From a virus, in the IMG/VR virus record IMGVR_UViG_3300046779_001412, positions 72,489 to 136,488 of that record: DNA of 64,000 nt; one strand, written 5' to 3'. Position 1 is the first letter of the stretch; every line of letters starts with the position of its first letter. Positions 11,378 to 21,434 of the stretch are shown piece by piece. Below the pieces are notes generated by a model. It made no database searches, was not told where the DNA came from, and saw nothing but the letters and a program-made list of their open reading frames with translations. The position numbers were made by a program, and so were the translations under genes.

Positions 11378-11926
11378 ATGCTACCAAGAATTTACCTTTG
11401 TTGGTTTCCTTTGGTTTCTCGTTCCAAAGTGCGTTCCATGCAAACCATTACCGAATTGGTTAATCAGGCCAATGCCAGATCACCCGCGGCTTTGTCTAAA
11501 TCCATGCGACTGAATTGGATGGTCCAGGATATTAATGAAAACGGAATGCTCAAACCAGTCGTAGTTGACAATAATTGGCAAACCATAGTTGGTGATACTA
11601 GACTCATGGCTGCGGATCTTTTGCAGTGGGACCAAGTGCCTGTGCTGGCACAACTCCTACAGCCAGAAACGCAGGTAATTTCTTGTGAACAAGAATTGGT
11701 CACGTATTGCACAGTGCACACGCCATGCACCCCCAATCAAAGATCTTTGTTTACAGAGTCAGTTGACTGGGTAGACTTTGACATGCCACAGAGCCGTGAT
11801 CATTGGCATGATGCTGATCAAAGACTTGATCTAATGCAGCAATACCTTGATAGTCAGTCTGAAGACTTTGTGTTTGACCTAGCATGGTATAGATCATCAG
11901 TGGACTGGACGCAATGGTCAATATGA
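11378..11926 (+). CDS. ParB/Srx-like domain protein
   Basis: DINENGMLKPVVV...IVGDTRLMAA. Confidence 0.55.
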   Translation: MLPRIYLCWFPLVSRSKVRSMQTITELVNQANARSPAALSKSMRLNWMVQDINENGMLKPVVVDNNWQTIVGDTRLMAADLLQWDQVPVLAQLLQPETQVISCEQELVTYCTVHTPCTPNQRSLFTESVDWVDFDMPQSRDHWHDADQRLDLMQQYLDSQSEDFVFDLAWYRSSVDWTQWSI

Positions 11927-12819
11927 GCAGGTAGTTTTTCTTTGAAGCTGGCCAAGAGGGCACGGTTATGCGCAGCAGCCTGAGCTAGTCTTGCATGATT
12001 TAAGATAGCATTAAAATTTTTCATCATGTCAACTACGGTATCCATGCGCTGCCAATGATTTTCAATGCTGTCATATCTGTGATGATCAACATAATCATCT
12101 AGTACATCAAACCCATGCTCACGCAGCATACGCACAGTGCCTGGCGTACAATACACTAACCAGGGCCTAGGAGTTTGTAACACTCTAAAAATTTTCTCAC
12201 TAATGGCTATGACCCAATTGCTTACATAGGTTTCCATAACCAAGGTTATCTTACTGTCCATGGCAGCGTCATCTGGAGTCATATTCAGCAACAGTGGAAC
12301 TCTAGTTTTTAGTTCATGATGTGCATCACCAAAGCCTATTAGGTCACAATCTGCACGCACGGTGTCAAAATTTATTTTTCTTTGATCAATACCTGGATCT
12401 GGGGCATGATACAAACAATTGTAACTAACGTGGCCTTGATCCAACAAGCCATGTGAATACAGTTGGTACAACATACGCTGGCGCTCACCAGAAATACGAT
12501 TAATCATGCAATTAAAAAGTTTACTGGGCTGCTCCGTGGTATTCAAAATAGCAGCGCAATGATAGATGCCCCAGAAAAAAGGTGCTAGGTCAATCACATT
12601 ACAACTGGGTTTATGCAAGAATTGATTGTCAGTTACCACTAGAGGATAAGCATCAAGGTCCGACTGCATAATACACACAGCATCTACAGGCTTGACCAAT
12701 ATGCGAGGTGAAATCTGTTGAAATCTTTTTACAATGCTGCGTTCTTGTTGCAAACATCCTGAATACCATATAGCATCATGGTGGGTGTCAACGTGTAGAA
12801 AATTTTTAGTTGCTGTCAT
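11854..12819 (-). CDS. hypothetical protein, glycosyltransferase-like C-terminus
   Basis: LVMETY...ISEKIFR...LREHGFD; paralog of 16059-17141. Confidence 0.55.
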   Translation of the reverse strand: MTATKNFLHVDTHHDAIWYSGCLQQERSIVKRFQQISPRILVKPVDAVCIMQSDLDAYPLVVTDNQFLHKPSCNVIDLAPFFWGIYHCAAILNTTEQPSKLFNCMINRISGERQRMLYQLYSHGLLDQGHVSYNCLYHAPDPGIDQRKINFDTVRADCDLIGFGDAHHELKTRVPLLLNMTPDDAAMDSKITLVMETYVSNWVIAISEKIFRVLQTPRPWLVYCTPGTVRMLREHGFDVLDDYVDHHRYDSIENHWQRMDTVVDMMKNFNAILNHARLAQAAAHNRALLASFKEKLPAHIDHCVQSTDDLYHARSNTKSSD

Positions 12820-13228
12820 AATCTACTTCAGGCATGCTAAACAGAACAAAATTGTGTACCACAGGATTGAATCTAATCTTGAACCAACATTCTCCGGGCT
12901 CATCAAGATACCCATAGCTGCGTTTGATGCCGCCTTGTCGCAGTCTATATACTGCAAAATGATCAAGATCACGCAAGGGCTCACCTGATAGTTCTATCAG
13001 TTCTACTATTACAGCACTTTCGTGGTCACTACGGTTCAGCACTTCAATACCAATGCTGCTGATCTGTGTGATATCATGAACAAAGTCAAATCTCTCCAGC
13101 GTGGGTTCGATGATCACACGATCAACACAGGCACCCAGTATACGCCATTGTATGGCGTCAGGATTGCCTTTAGATCTTGCGTATAGCGAAAGTTTTTTGA
13201 GTATTTTTGGCTTCAAGGTATTGTTCAT
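12806..13228 (-). CDS. hypothetical protein
   Basis: Fills operon gap; start uncertain. Confidence 0.5.
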   Translation of the reverse strand: MNNTLKPKILKKLSLYARSKGNPDAIQWRILGACVDRVIIEPTLERFDFVHDITQISSIGIEVLNRSDHESAVIVELIELSGEPLRDLDHFAVYRLRQGGIKRSYGYLDEPGECWFKIRFNPVVHNFVLFSMPEVDYDSN

Positions 13229-14714
13229 ATACTGCCTGTTGTTCGCGTAACATTCGGTCTGCTTCTTGGCCGTCACGGTCTCCAAATCCTAGTTCCTGTT
13301 GCAGTTCAAGAAAGCGACGGTATCTATGAAATCTAGTTTCATATGTATTTTCTTGATTAATCGGAGTGCTCCAAAAAATATGACTCCACCCTTTGACAAC
13401 CTGCTCACGTTCAAAATGATAGTGATCACGTAGTCGTTCATCATTGGTTAGTGGCACTTGATCTCCCAAGGTAAACGGAGAGGATATGGCCACTTTCAAG
13501 GATCCATCTGCTGCCCAGTGTTGATACCTTCGCAGCAGCGCCAGGGTTTCTTGAAAATCTTCTTCGGTCTCCATGGGATAACCTGCCATGAACAACCATG
13601 TTTGTTGTATTCCGTTATCATGCAATTGATTTGCGGTGTAATCAATGTCAGCATTGCTGAACTTCTTACGCATGTCATATCGTACACGCTCACTGCCACT
13701 TTCTACACCAATGATCCATTCTTGACAGCCTGCTCTCCCGGCTAGTTCAAAATCTCTAGGTGGTTGATTCTCTTTGCCCCGAAAAATAGCATAACCACTG
13801 TAGCGTAGAGTACGTGGCAAGTGATCCGCTAGATACTGATTCATTTTGCGGTAGTTTGGTATACTACCGTTAATCAAATTTCCACTAAACCTAAAAAAGT
13901 CAATGTCAGTGCGGTGATAACTTTCGATCATCTCCTTGGCTAGTAACTCGCCATCTTTGAAGATATACTTTGGCCATAAATGTTCAACATCACAAAATGT
14001 ACATCGGCGCACACAGCCTTTACTGTCAGTTATAAGCAGATATCTATCACTAGGATTGAATCTCTGATATAAATCAAAATCATAGTTGTCCCAATTTGGA
14101 ATTGGTACTTGATTTAGATCAGCGGATGTCTGCGGAGGAGAATCTACTACACCATATAGATCTTGAGTGATTACATCAATAATAAAGCTTTCAGCATCGC
14201 CGGTTACCACACAGTCTATCATGCCATGTTCTACTAACCAGCGAGCTCTAGAGCCAGTGGTATGTGCATCACCGGTATATTCTCCCTGAGTGAGTATTTC
14301 AAGTCCACGTCCACCTGCTAGAATTTTTACTCCTGGTAGCCAGCGTCTTATGCTGTAACACATCAAAGTAAGATATGTTTCACTCATTACGCTGAACACA
14401 CTAAGACCAATAATGTCTGGATTGTAGTCACGTTTAATTTCAAGCAGACATCGCCGGTTCCAACGCAGGATGTCTATAAACACTCGACGCGGAAGCTTGC
14501 GTTCAGGATTTGGTCCTTGACTTATATAGAACAGCAATTCAGGCCAATAAGGTCGGTCCACAAACTCTGCAACAAATTCCGCTGCTAGGTCTCTAGGCAC
14601 AGCACTAATGCCGGCTTTGTTTAGGCACGCACTCAACAGCGCAGGTGCCGTGGCAGGCCATCCAGGCGTCTGGTAAGGCAAGCTCACAATCACTATCTGT
14701 TGCTTAGAGTTCAT
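13170..14714 (-). CDS. B12-binding radical SAM protein
   Basis: CVRRCTFC, N-terminal cobalamin-binding-like region (IIGLSVFS, KILAGG), GVESGS. Confidence 0.88.
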   Translation of the reverse strand: MNSKQQIVIVSLPYQTPGWPATAPALLSACLNKAGISAVPRDLAAEFVAEFVDRPYWPELLFYISQGPNPERKLPRRVFIDILRWNRRCLLEIKRDYNPDIIGLSVFSVMSETYLTLMCYSIRRWLPGVKILAGGRGLEILTQGEYTGDAHTTGSRARWLVEHGMIDCVVTGDAESFIIDVITQDLYGVVDSPPQTSADLNQVPIPNWDNYDFDLYQRFNPSDRYLLITDSKGCVRRCTFCDVEHLWPKYIFKDGELLAKEMIESYHRTDIDFFRFSGNLINGSIPNYRKMNQYLADHLPRTLRYSGYAIFRGKENQPPRDFELAGRAGCQEWIIGVESGSERVRYDMRKKFSNADIDYTANQLHDNGIQQTWLFMAGYPMETEEDFQETLALLRRYQHWAADGSLKVAISSPFTLGDQVPLTNDERLRDHYHFEREQVVKGWSHIFWSTPINQENTYETRFHRYRRFLELQQELGFGDRDGQEADRMLREQQAVYEQYLEAKNTQKTFAIRKI

Positions 14715-15708
14715 ATACCAAGGTCAAAAAATCAAATCTGTTAGTTGCATTGATATCAAAGGGACTGGCTATGTTGGTCATGGTGTATTTGCTAAGATGA
14801 TAACCAAAGTCACCAAGTATGGTATCAAACCAGGCTTTGTTCGGACACCCTACACGAGTTTCCATGTCAGTGGCATGATAGCCTTTCCAAGCCACCGTTG
14901 TATCCTCTAACCACCAATAAATTAGTGGAGCTGGGTTGTTGGCTATCGCGGGAGGATTCCAATTTTGTATGATTATAGTGTTTGGCTTATGCTTGGTAAT
15001 CGCACGCATGATACCAAAGTGATCTGTTACTATGTTCATGATAGCTGCTAGAATAACCGTATGGCGATCACGACATAGTGCTTGGGTTTGATCTAGATCA
15101 TTGATATCAGACAACACAGCTCTATATCTATCATGCGACAAGTTTAACATGCCCAACAGGTCATCAGCAATGTTTAAACAATTATTTTTGATGTTAGTCA
15201 CTATCACATGTTCTGCATGATTGTGCAAACATACCGCTCCTAGTAAACCTATGTGTGTGCCAAAGTCAACTATGTTTTTATCTTTAATAGCTGGTAGGTT
15301 ATCAATGAGAGCCAGTTTAAGTCTAATCACATCAAATGCATCTAACTGCCAGGTGGGATCACTTTGAAATTTATCAAAAGGAATTGTAGAGTCTAACCAG
15401 ATATCAGCACTGAACCCATGTTGATAATGACATTCATGTCGAATGTGTGGAGAAAGGAGATGAAAGTCGTCCGGAGACAGGCAGTCAGGCCAGCTGGCAT
15501 CACGGATGTTTTCATAGCTTCGACGCCATGCATTGAGATTCCGCAGGTCGTAGCCTGGATCACGATTGGGATTAGATCTTTCATCCAGATAGGCCTTACG
15601 ACTAGCATATTCATACAGTTTTAGATCAAACATATGATCTATCACTTGTTGATACCCCTGGGCATCAACGCCATAGGACTCTAACAGCCGTTGGTATTCA
15701 TAGTTCAT
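14704..15708 (-). CDS. methyltransferase-like protein
   Basis: KNIVDFGTHIG motif-I-like segment. Confidence 0.55.
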   Translation of the reverse strand: MNYEYQRLLESYGVDAQGYQQVIDHMFDLKLYEYASRKAYLDERSNPNRDPGYDLRNLNAWRRSYENIRDASWPDCLSPDDFHLLSPHIRHECHYQHGFSADIWLDSTIPFDKFQSDPTWQLDAFDVIRLKLALIDNLPAIKDKNIVDFGTHIGLLGAVCLHNHAEHVIVTNIKNNCLNIADDLLGMLNLSHDRYRAVLSDINDLDQTQALCRDRHTVILAAIMNIVTDHFGIMRAITKHKPNTIIIQNWNPPAIANNPAPLIYWWLEDTTVAWKGYHATDMETRVGCPNKAWFDTILGDFGYHLSKYTMTNIASPFDINATNRFDFLTLVYEL

Positions 15709-15745
15709 TGGAAATATTTACAGTGTTATTGTTGGCAACAAATTT

Positions 15746-16042
15746 TTACTGTGATTTATAGGGACGAAGAGTAGCCCCGCTTTGAACAACACAAAACATC
15801 TCTGTGCTCCAGTGCTCAACCACAGTGTAATTGCCATTTTGTGGATTCACAAACAATATGGTTTCAAGATTGACAACTTGCTCATTTATCTGCCTACTTG
15901 ACAGACCTCTTAAGGCTGGCTCTTCACCATTTTGGTCCAGCACTAACTTGATTTTGGGCCAATTATCACAATGTAGTACAGAATACACTTGCTGAGCTGA
16001 CGCTGATGTGGCAATCAGTATACCAAGGACCAGGGCTCTCAT
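15746..16042 (-). CDS. hypothetical exported protein
   Basis: Signal peptide MRALVLGILIATSASA, two Cys. Confidence 0.6.
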   Translation of the reverse strand: MRALVLGILIATSASAQQVYSVLHCDNWPKIKLVLDQNGEEPALRGLSSRQINEQVVNLETILFVNPQNGNYTVVEHWSTEMFCVVQSGATLRPYKSQ

Positions 16043-16058
16043 AATGGGCTCCAAAATA

Positions 16059-17141
16059 CTATTTAGTGGCCCATTGGCTAATTTTTTCTCTGGTTTGTTG
16101 ATTGATACGGTCACATCTTTTCACTAATGCACCTGATTTAATATATTCAAGGTTGTATGCACAGGCTTCTTTAGATCCTACGTAGATATCTTCAAGACTT
16201 TGTTCATTCAAAACATCTATGACCTTGAAAATCTCTGTGATACGCGATAAATCGCCCGCGTCTTGATCAAAGGTTAGGTCATAACCAAAGTTATTGTTGA
16301 AACCTAGATGTTGCAACCAGGCATGGCTGTGACGTTGTCCAATGGCCAAGATTGCTCTACCCGCTATCAAGGGCTTAAGAGTTTTCTCTGTCAGATACGG
16401 ACCTGGGTATTCAAATTCACGAGAGTTCCATATGGTACGATTATAATGCCATGTTTCATTGGTACAGTTTACAGCACAAAGATTAATACCAGGAACATCC
16501 CAGTTGCCATTGTCTATGGGTGCAAATCCTGGAGCAAATCCATCCCACTCGCGATTAATAAATTGAGCTTGTTCTAGCATACGAAAGTCAAGACTGTCCA
16601 AGGCTGGCCATCCTGCAGGATGCCCGTGATTATCTTCTGGCTTACGTACCTTAGCATGCCATGACAGCATCATGTGTTCATGCTTAAAGTTTTGCAGCAA
16701 ATATGCAGTGATAAATTTTTTGTATTGTGTGACTCTTGATGAAAGACTACTGAGCTTGAACCTAGGCGGTTGAATTTGATCAGGCGCACCAAACTTTGCA
16801 ATCAGGATATCTATTTGCTGATCCACTGTGGTATAGGTTTCGCATTCAAGATTACTCATGCCTAAACTTGCAGCATCACAAGGCCAATCTGTTATACACA
16901 ACACAGGTCTAGGATGAACACGCTGACACTGACGCACCAGCCAGTCTACGTCCATGTATTCTGTATGCCAAGAAAACAGATATCTGTCATAAGACAAAGG
17001 TACATCATGCTTTGGCCATTGCAGATTTACATCAATATAAGTGTTAGGTGGAGGTGATACACGGTAGATAAGTTGAAACACAGAAGACACTTGGTCTTCT
17101 GTGTTGTGTGAGGCAATTGCTTCGGGAAAAAAATCAGGCAC
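16059..17141 (-). CDS. hypothetical protein, glycosyltransferase-like C-terminus
   Basis: NET...YLTEKTLKPL...LQHLGF; paralog of 11854-12819. Confidence 0.55.
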   Translation of the reverse strand: MPDFFPEAIASHNTEDQVSSVFQLIYRVSPPPNTYIDVNLQWPKHDVPLSYDRYLFSWHTEYMDVDWLVRQCQRVHPRPVLCITDWPCDAASLGMSNLECETYTTVDQQIDILIAKFGAPDQIQPPRFKLSSLSSRVTQYKKFITAYLLQNFKHEHMMLSWHAKVRKPEDNHGHPAGWPALDSLDFRMLEQAQFINREWDGFAPGFAPIDNGNWDVPGINLCAVNCTNETWHYNRTIWNSREFEYPGPYLTEKTLKPLIAGRAILAIGQRHSHAWLQHLGFNNNFGYDLTFDQDAGDLSRITEIFKVIDVLNEQSLEDIYVGSKEACAYNLEYIKSGALVKRCDRINQQTREKISQWATK

Positions 17142-17758
17142 TAATCAACTCCATGGTTGCCATTTTTAAAGCCTATAGTACCACCTTCTGCCTCAATACG
17201 TTTGATAACATCTTCAAACAGTATAGGCGTGTAGTCTGTTTGCTCTACACACACGCAGTGATACCTAGTATCAACTACTTCCTCTTGAACTGTAAAAGGT
17301 CTAGGATCGTGTTCTGAAGTTTTTTCAACACTTACAGTTTTCATCACACGGTTAGCATGTAGATGTCCATGTATGTTAGTACCGAAACGACCAAGACTAG
17401 CCTCATGTATAGGAATATGGCTTAATATCATTCCGTTCATTACATGATATGCACGTAGTTCACGGAAGTATTTACGATATTCATCATCTCTAAAGATATC
17501 GTGGTTACCACGTATAAGCACCTTGTCACCGTTCAGTCTACCCAGTGTTACAAGTGCTTTGCGATTAATAACTACATCACCTAGATGATATACTTTATCG
17601 TTAGGACGAACACGTTCGTTCCAACGCTTGACCATTTCTTCATCCATTTCATTTGGATCAGTCCATGGTCTAAGTTTAGTCACACCATCGTTGCGCATGA
17701 AACGACATACGCCAGCATGACCAAAATGTGTATCACTAACTAAAAATACTGCTGGCAT
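17141..17758 (-). CDS. calcineurin-like metallophosphoesterase
   Basis: DTHFGH, HLGD, GNHD, SHIP, HGHLH. Confidence 0.92.
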   Translation of the reverse strand: MPAVFLVSDTHFGHAGVCRFMRNDGVTKLRPWTDPNEMDEEMVKRWNERVRPNDKVYHLGDVVINRKALVTLGRLNGDKVLIRGNHDIFRDDEYRKYFRELRAYHVMNGMILSHIPIHEASLGRFGTNIHGHLHANRVMKTVSVEKTSEHDPRPFTVQEEVVDTRYHCVCVEQTDYTPILFEDVIKRIEAEGGTIGFKNGNHGVD

Positions 17759-17912
17759 AAGCTGCTCCTTTCTTAATTTTATAGTATAGCTAATCTTGAA
17801 ATTTTGGTCAACCGTTAAATATGTTGCTGACCTATTAACCAGCTGTTAGAGGATGCTGATCTCAGGGGTTTTGCTGGTTTCTCCCAGAGCACGACAAAGG
17901 CCAAATCTAAGG

Positions 17913-18449
17913 TCAGCCTTGATTGTCTTGTTCTCGTTGTTGTTTTCTCGCAGCAGCCAGCATAAAAACTTTTTCGTTGTCGTTTGTCCAGTCTTGTGAT
18001 AAAGCTACGCCATTAACACTGTGTTTTTCTAGAGGATCAAATGATAGACCAAGACTTTCCATCATTAGATGCTTGACCAAGAGATTGGGACATCTAAAAT
18101 CTTCAGTGTCTTGAAAACCCATCATAACTCCTACTTCAACCACAGCTCCGGATCTACACACACCGGCATGACAGTGCACTATCACATTCATAGAATTATC
18201 TAGTGCGTGTTGTAAACACTGTGTTAATTGTTGAGCCTGCCCATGGCTACAGCGCCAAGATTCATCTATGCTGTTATCATTGGCTTCAATGTCTAAGAAA
18301 AAAAACTGATGTCGCTCTTTAAAAGCGTATTTTGGTTCAGGAAATTCCACACCAGGATCCACAATCTGTATCAGCATGGAATTAACACCTGGATCGTAGT
18401 GGTGTCCTCGAATGACTGCGCTTAAACTAATGTTTTGAATCCAGGGCAT
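17913..18449 (-). CDS. protein-tyrosine/dual-specificity phosphatase-like protein
   Basis: VHCHAGVCRS (CX5R); start moved to MPWIQN. Confidence 0.8.
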   Translation of the reverse strand: MPWIQNISLSAVIRGHHYDPGVNSMLIQIVDPGVEFPEPKYAFKERHQFFFLDIEANDNSIDESWRCSHGQAQQLTQCLQHALDNSMNVIVHCHAGVCRSGAVVEVGVMMGFQDTEDFRCPNLLVKHLMMESLGLSFDPLEKHSVNGVALSQDWTNDNEKVFMLAAARKQQREQDNQG

Positions 18450-18463
18450 AGATATCCTTAAAT

Positions 18464-19447
18464 ATGAATATGACTTATGACTTTGCAATAAAATTCTATG
18501 AATGTCAACCACTTGAGGTGAAATTAATAGACACACCACTTGCTCAACGCTATCTTGCTTTGCTCTATAGAAACTATTGTGTTGAACCACCAGTGGTACG
18601 TGATCAAGGCGCATTTGATCAACAGCGCCTGCAAGAGCTAGCCAATCAGTGTAGGAAAATATTTGGCTGGAATTGGGTGCATCAAGACTACACAGATCTT
18701 GCTGTGACAACTCGTATGCACAAAGATATTGAGCAGTATCTTGCACAAGGCTACAATCGCGTAGCCCCTGGTCATGATGAACTATTACATGAACTCCATA
18801 TCTGTCTCCACAGTGTGCAGTATAACAGTGAACGCACCACAATGCAACTGGAATGGTTTAACGATGATCAATTTCCAATTCAGCCAGGTGAACTAGATTT
18901 TGTACATGACAACACTCTAGGAGCCATACTGCTACAAAATGCCTATGTAGGTCATCCGCCTATGTGGTTATTTCAACAAAATGATCATATCAATGTATGG
19001 CAAACCTGTAGGTTTCATGATATAGTAAAACCCGGAATCGTAATCCAGATGCAGGGCAGCACAGAAATCTTACCACAAGAATTTGAACAAGCAGATCTAT
19101 ATTTGAACTGGTGGCGAACAGTGGCTCCGGATTTTGTTAATTATCATAGCGAGAAAAAACTACTAGACAACGCAGGCAAACCAGTGATTGGTTATGTTAT
19201 CAATCGCGAATACCTTTACAGCCTGCTAACCAAATCTAGATTTGAGCTTGAATATATTGAATTCACAGAGCAAGCTAGATTAATTGCATCAACCTGTATC
19301 TTGCCCCCACGATTGCCTCTTACCAGACAAGACTACAACAATCTAGCCGGTCCTGATTGGCCCTGTTATGATACCTGGCTTGAAACCCAAGAGCTACCAG
19401 AATTTGTAAGAGCAGAAATATTAGACATGATCGGAGTGCAAGTGTAA
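18464..19447 (+). CDS. hypothetical protein
   Basis: 327-aa ORF with TAAATA at its start. Confidence 0.7.
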   Translation: MNMTYDFAIKFYECQPLEVKLIDTPLAQRYLALLYRNYCVEPPVVRDQGAFDQQRLQELANQCRKIFGWNWVHQDYTDLAVTTRMHKDIEQYLAQGYNRVAPGHDELLHELHICLHSVQYNSERTTMQLEWFNDDQFPIQPGELDFVHDNTLGAILLQNAYVGHPPMWLFQQNDHINVWQTCRFHDIVKPGIVIQMQGSTEILPQEFEQADLYLNWWRTVAPDFVNYHSEKKLLDNAGKPVIGYVINREYLYSLLTKSRFELEYIEFTEQARLIASTCILPPRLPLTRQDYNNLAGPDWPCYDTWLETQELPEFVRAEILDMIGVQV

Positions 19448-19566
19448 AAATCATGATTATCACGATGCGCTATTACGCAATTCACACATGTAACTCTGGC
19501 ATTTATCTCATACAATAGAACTACATACTAATGCAGTATGTTAATTTTTAATCAAGGAGAACTAAC

Positions 19567-19641
19567 ATGGCATGGACTACACCTTCAGCACAAGATATGC
19601 GTTTTGGTTTTGAAATCACCATGTATATCGCTAATCGCTAA
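19567..19641 (+). CDS. pqqA: pyrroloquinoline quinone precursor peptide
   Basis: MAWTTPSAQDMRFGFEITMYIANR with E-x3-Y motif, AAGGAG RBS, terminator downstream; not in ORF track. Confidence 0.93.
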   Translation: MAWTTPSAQDMRFGFEITMYIANR

Positions 19642-19661
19642 TCGTTGTTAGTGATTAAATC

Positions 19662-19685
19662 AACCCGCTTCGGCGGGTTTTTTAT
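19662..19685 (+). terminator. intrinsic terminator after pqqA
   Basis: AACCCGC-TTCG-GCGGGTT-TTTT. Confidence 0.88.
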
Positions 19686-19763
19686 TGGTACCCCCACTCC
19701 GATTCGAACGGAGAAAACTGCTCCTTTTGAGAGAGCCGACTTTGCCAATTTGTCTATGGGGGT
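19686..19763 (-). tRNA. tRNA-Leu(CAA), short variable loop
   Basis: Cloverleaf, loop CT-CAA-AA, encoded CCA. Confidence 0.85.
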
Positions 19764-19821
19764 TTAATAATTTTTCCCACTTACTCTTATGTCTTACGTA
19801 TTATTTTCATTTTTAACTCCT

Positions 19822-19898
19822 TGGTACGGATGGAGGGATTCGAACCCTCAAAACTCGGATTTTAAATCCGATACGTATACCTGTTCCGTCACATCCGC
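19822..19898 (-). tRNA. tRNA-Leu(TAA), short variable loop
   Basis: Cloverleaf, loop TT-TAA-AA, CCA. Confidence 0.88.
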
Positions 19899-19909
19899 TA
19901 AGTAACCTT

Positions 19910-20932
19910 GTGTTAACACTGGATCAAATTCAACAAATACATGTGGAGCTTACAACTAGATGCAATGCTCGTTGTCCAATGTGTCTACGAAATTTTAGAG
20001 GATCTGATTATAATTCAGGATATCCTCTAACCGAACTAACTTTAGATCAATTCCAAAAGATCTTTACACCTAATATTATCAAGCAATTGTCACGTGGTGT
20101 AAATTTCAATGGCAATCTTGGCGACTTTGGTCTGGCTCGCGACGCATTAGAAATTACTGATTATGTTGTCACGCAGCAAGTACCTGTGCACATCAACACC
20201 AATGGTAGTATGCGATCGCCAGACTGGTGGGCACAACTAGCTCGCCCAGGTGTGAGTGTGGCCTGGGCTTTGGATGGACTTGAGGACACACATCATTTCC
20301 ATCGTCAAGACACAGATTGGCATCGAGTAATTGAACATGCTCGGGCATTTATTGCTGCTGGTGGTCGTGCAATTTGGAAGTTTATCAAATTCAAACATAA
20401 TCAACATCAAATCGCACAGTGTCGCGAGCTGGCACGTGAATTTGGATTTGCTGCGTTTGATCTTGTAAATCAAGGTAGAGATCAAAGTCCGGTGTTTTCT
20501 CGTACAGGAGAATTCAGTCATTGGATTGGTGATCCCTGGACAGAGGACGAGCCTGAAGTGCAGTCCATGTTAACCAGCATGATTCACTGGTATGATTCTA
20601 ATAGTACGTGTCATCCTCAAGACGTCGCAGATCTACAACTAAACTGCGTGCATCTTACCACACGCGAAATCTATGTTGCGGCTGATGGCACTGTGTATCC
20701 TTGTTGCTTTCTTGGATTTTATCCGCACAGCATGAAACACGCAGATAATCATCGTGTGCGTGGCTTAATATATGAAAACAATGCATTGGAACACGGGTTA
20801 GAACATGCAATGCAATGGTTTGATCGTGTGCAGCACACCTGGAAACTGCCCAATGTGGCACAGGGTAGATTGTACACCTGTGTAAATTCCTGTGCAGCAC
20901 GCTCTAATGGCGGGCGTGTGCAACCTCTTTGA
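19910..20932 (+). CDS. radical SAM protein with SPASM/twitch-like C-terminus
   Basis: CNARCPMC, INTNGS, ALDG, IYVAADGTVYPCC, terminal CVNSC. Confidence 0.9.
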   Translation: MLTLDQIQQIHVELTTRCNARCPMCLRNFRGSDYNSGYPLTELTLDQFQKIFTPNIIKQLSRGVNFNGNLGDFGLARDALEITDYVVTQQVPVHINTNGSMRSPDWWAQLARPGVSVAWALDGLEDTHHFHRQDTDWHRVIEHARAFIAAGGRAIWKFIKFKHNQHQIAQCRELAREFGFAAFDLVNQGRDQSPVFSRTGEFSHWIGDPWTEDEPEVQSMLTSMIHWYDSNSTCHPQDVADLQLNCVHLTTREIYVAADGTVYPCCFLGFYPHSMKHADNHRVRGLIYENNALEHGLEHAMQWFDRVQHTWKLPNVAQGRLYTCVNSCAARSNGGRVQPL

Positions 20933-20933
20933 A

Positions 20934-21009
20934 TGGTACCCCAGGGGAGAGTCGAACTCCCAAAATTTGGTTTCTAAGACCAACACGTATACCGTTCCGT
21001 CACCAGGGC
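20934..21009 (-). tRNA. tRNA-Leu(TAG), short variable loop
   Basis: Cloverleaf, loop CT-TAG-AA, CCA. Confidence 0.88.
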
Positions 21010-21098
21010 TTATTTAATATCTTACCAGACAGCTTAGATACTGTTCAGCCTGGCGTTGTCTATGTTCTATCATAGCAAGTAACACTTGCTGTAGCCAA

Positions 21099-21272
21099 TT
21101 ATAAATTTTTTTGCGCACTGTAGGTAAACTCTCTTTCTAGTCTTTCTATGTCTTCCGCACAGCATGGATTTTTGCTGTTGACATACCGTTCAAGGCGACT
21201 GGCATAGTCTTGACTGGGAAACATTTCAGCCAAACGATCCAATATATGTGTTATAAGTTGCGACATGGTCAT
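21099..21272 (-). CDS. small hypothetical protein (57 aa)
   Basis: Manual translation MTMSQLITHILDRLAEMF...; AAGGA RBS. Confidence 0.5.
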   Translation of the reverse strand: MTMSQLITHILDRLAEMFPSQDYASRLERYVNSKNPCCAEDIERLEREFTYSAQKNL

Positions 21273-21331
21273 TTCCTTTTTTTATATAGAATATTTATTG
21301 CAGTGCACAAAGAATTCGATATTTCAAGGAA

Positions 21332-21407
21332 TGGTGCCGACTCCTGGTTACGCTCCAGGCTCTCACGCTCTTCAGGCGTATGCTTTCACTAGATTAGCTT
21401 AGTCGGC
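21332..21407 (-). tRNA. tRNA-Phe(GAA), non-canonical T-loop
   Basis: Loop CT-GAA-GA; T-loop AGCGTAA; CCA. Confidence 0.8.
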
Positions 21408-21434
21408 AAGTGGTGGCCTGTTTCTGTGATTAAA

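Noticed and set aside
18450-18842. N-terminal 130-aa extension of the phosphatase ORF
   Set aside because: Overlaps the plus-strand 327-aa gene; MPWIQN at 18449 is the more plausible start.
19787-19820. AGGAG followed by micro-ORF MKIIRKT between Leu tRNAs
   Set aside because: Only 7 codons with no other support; possibly a gene remnant.
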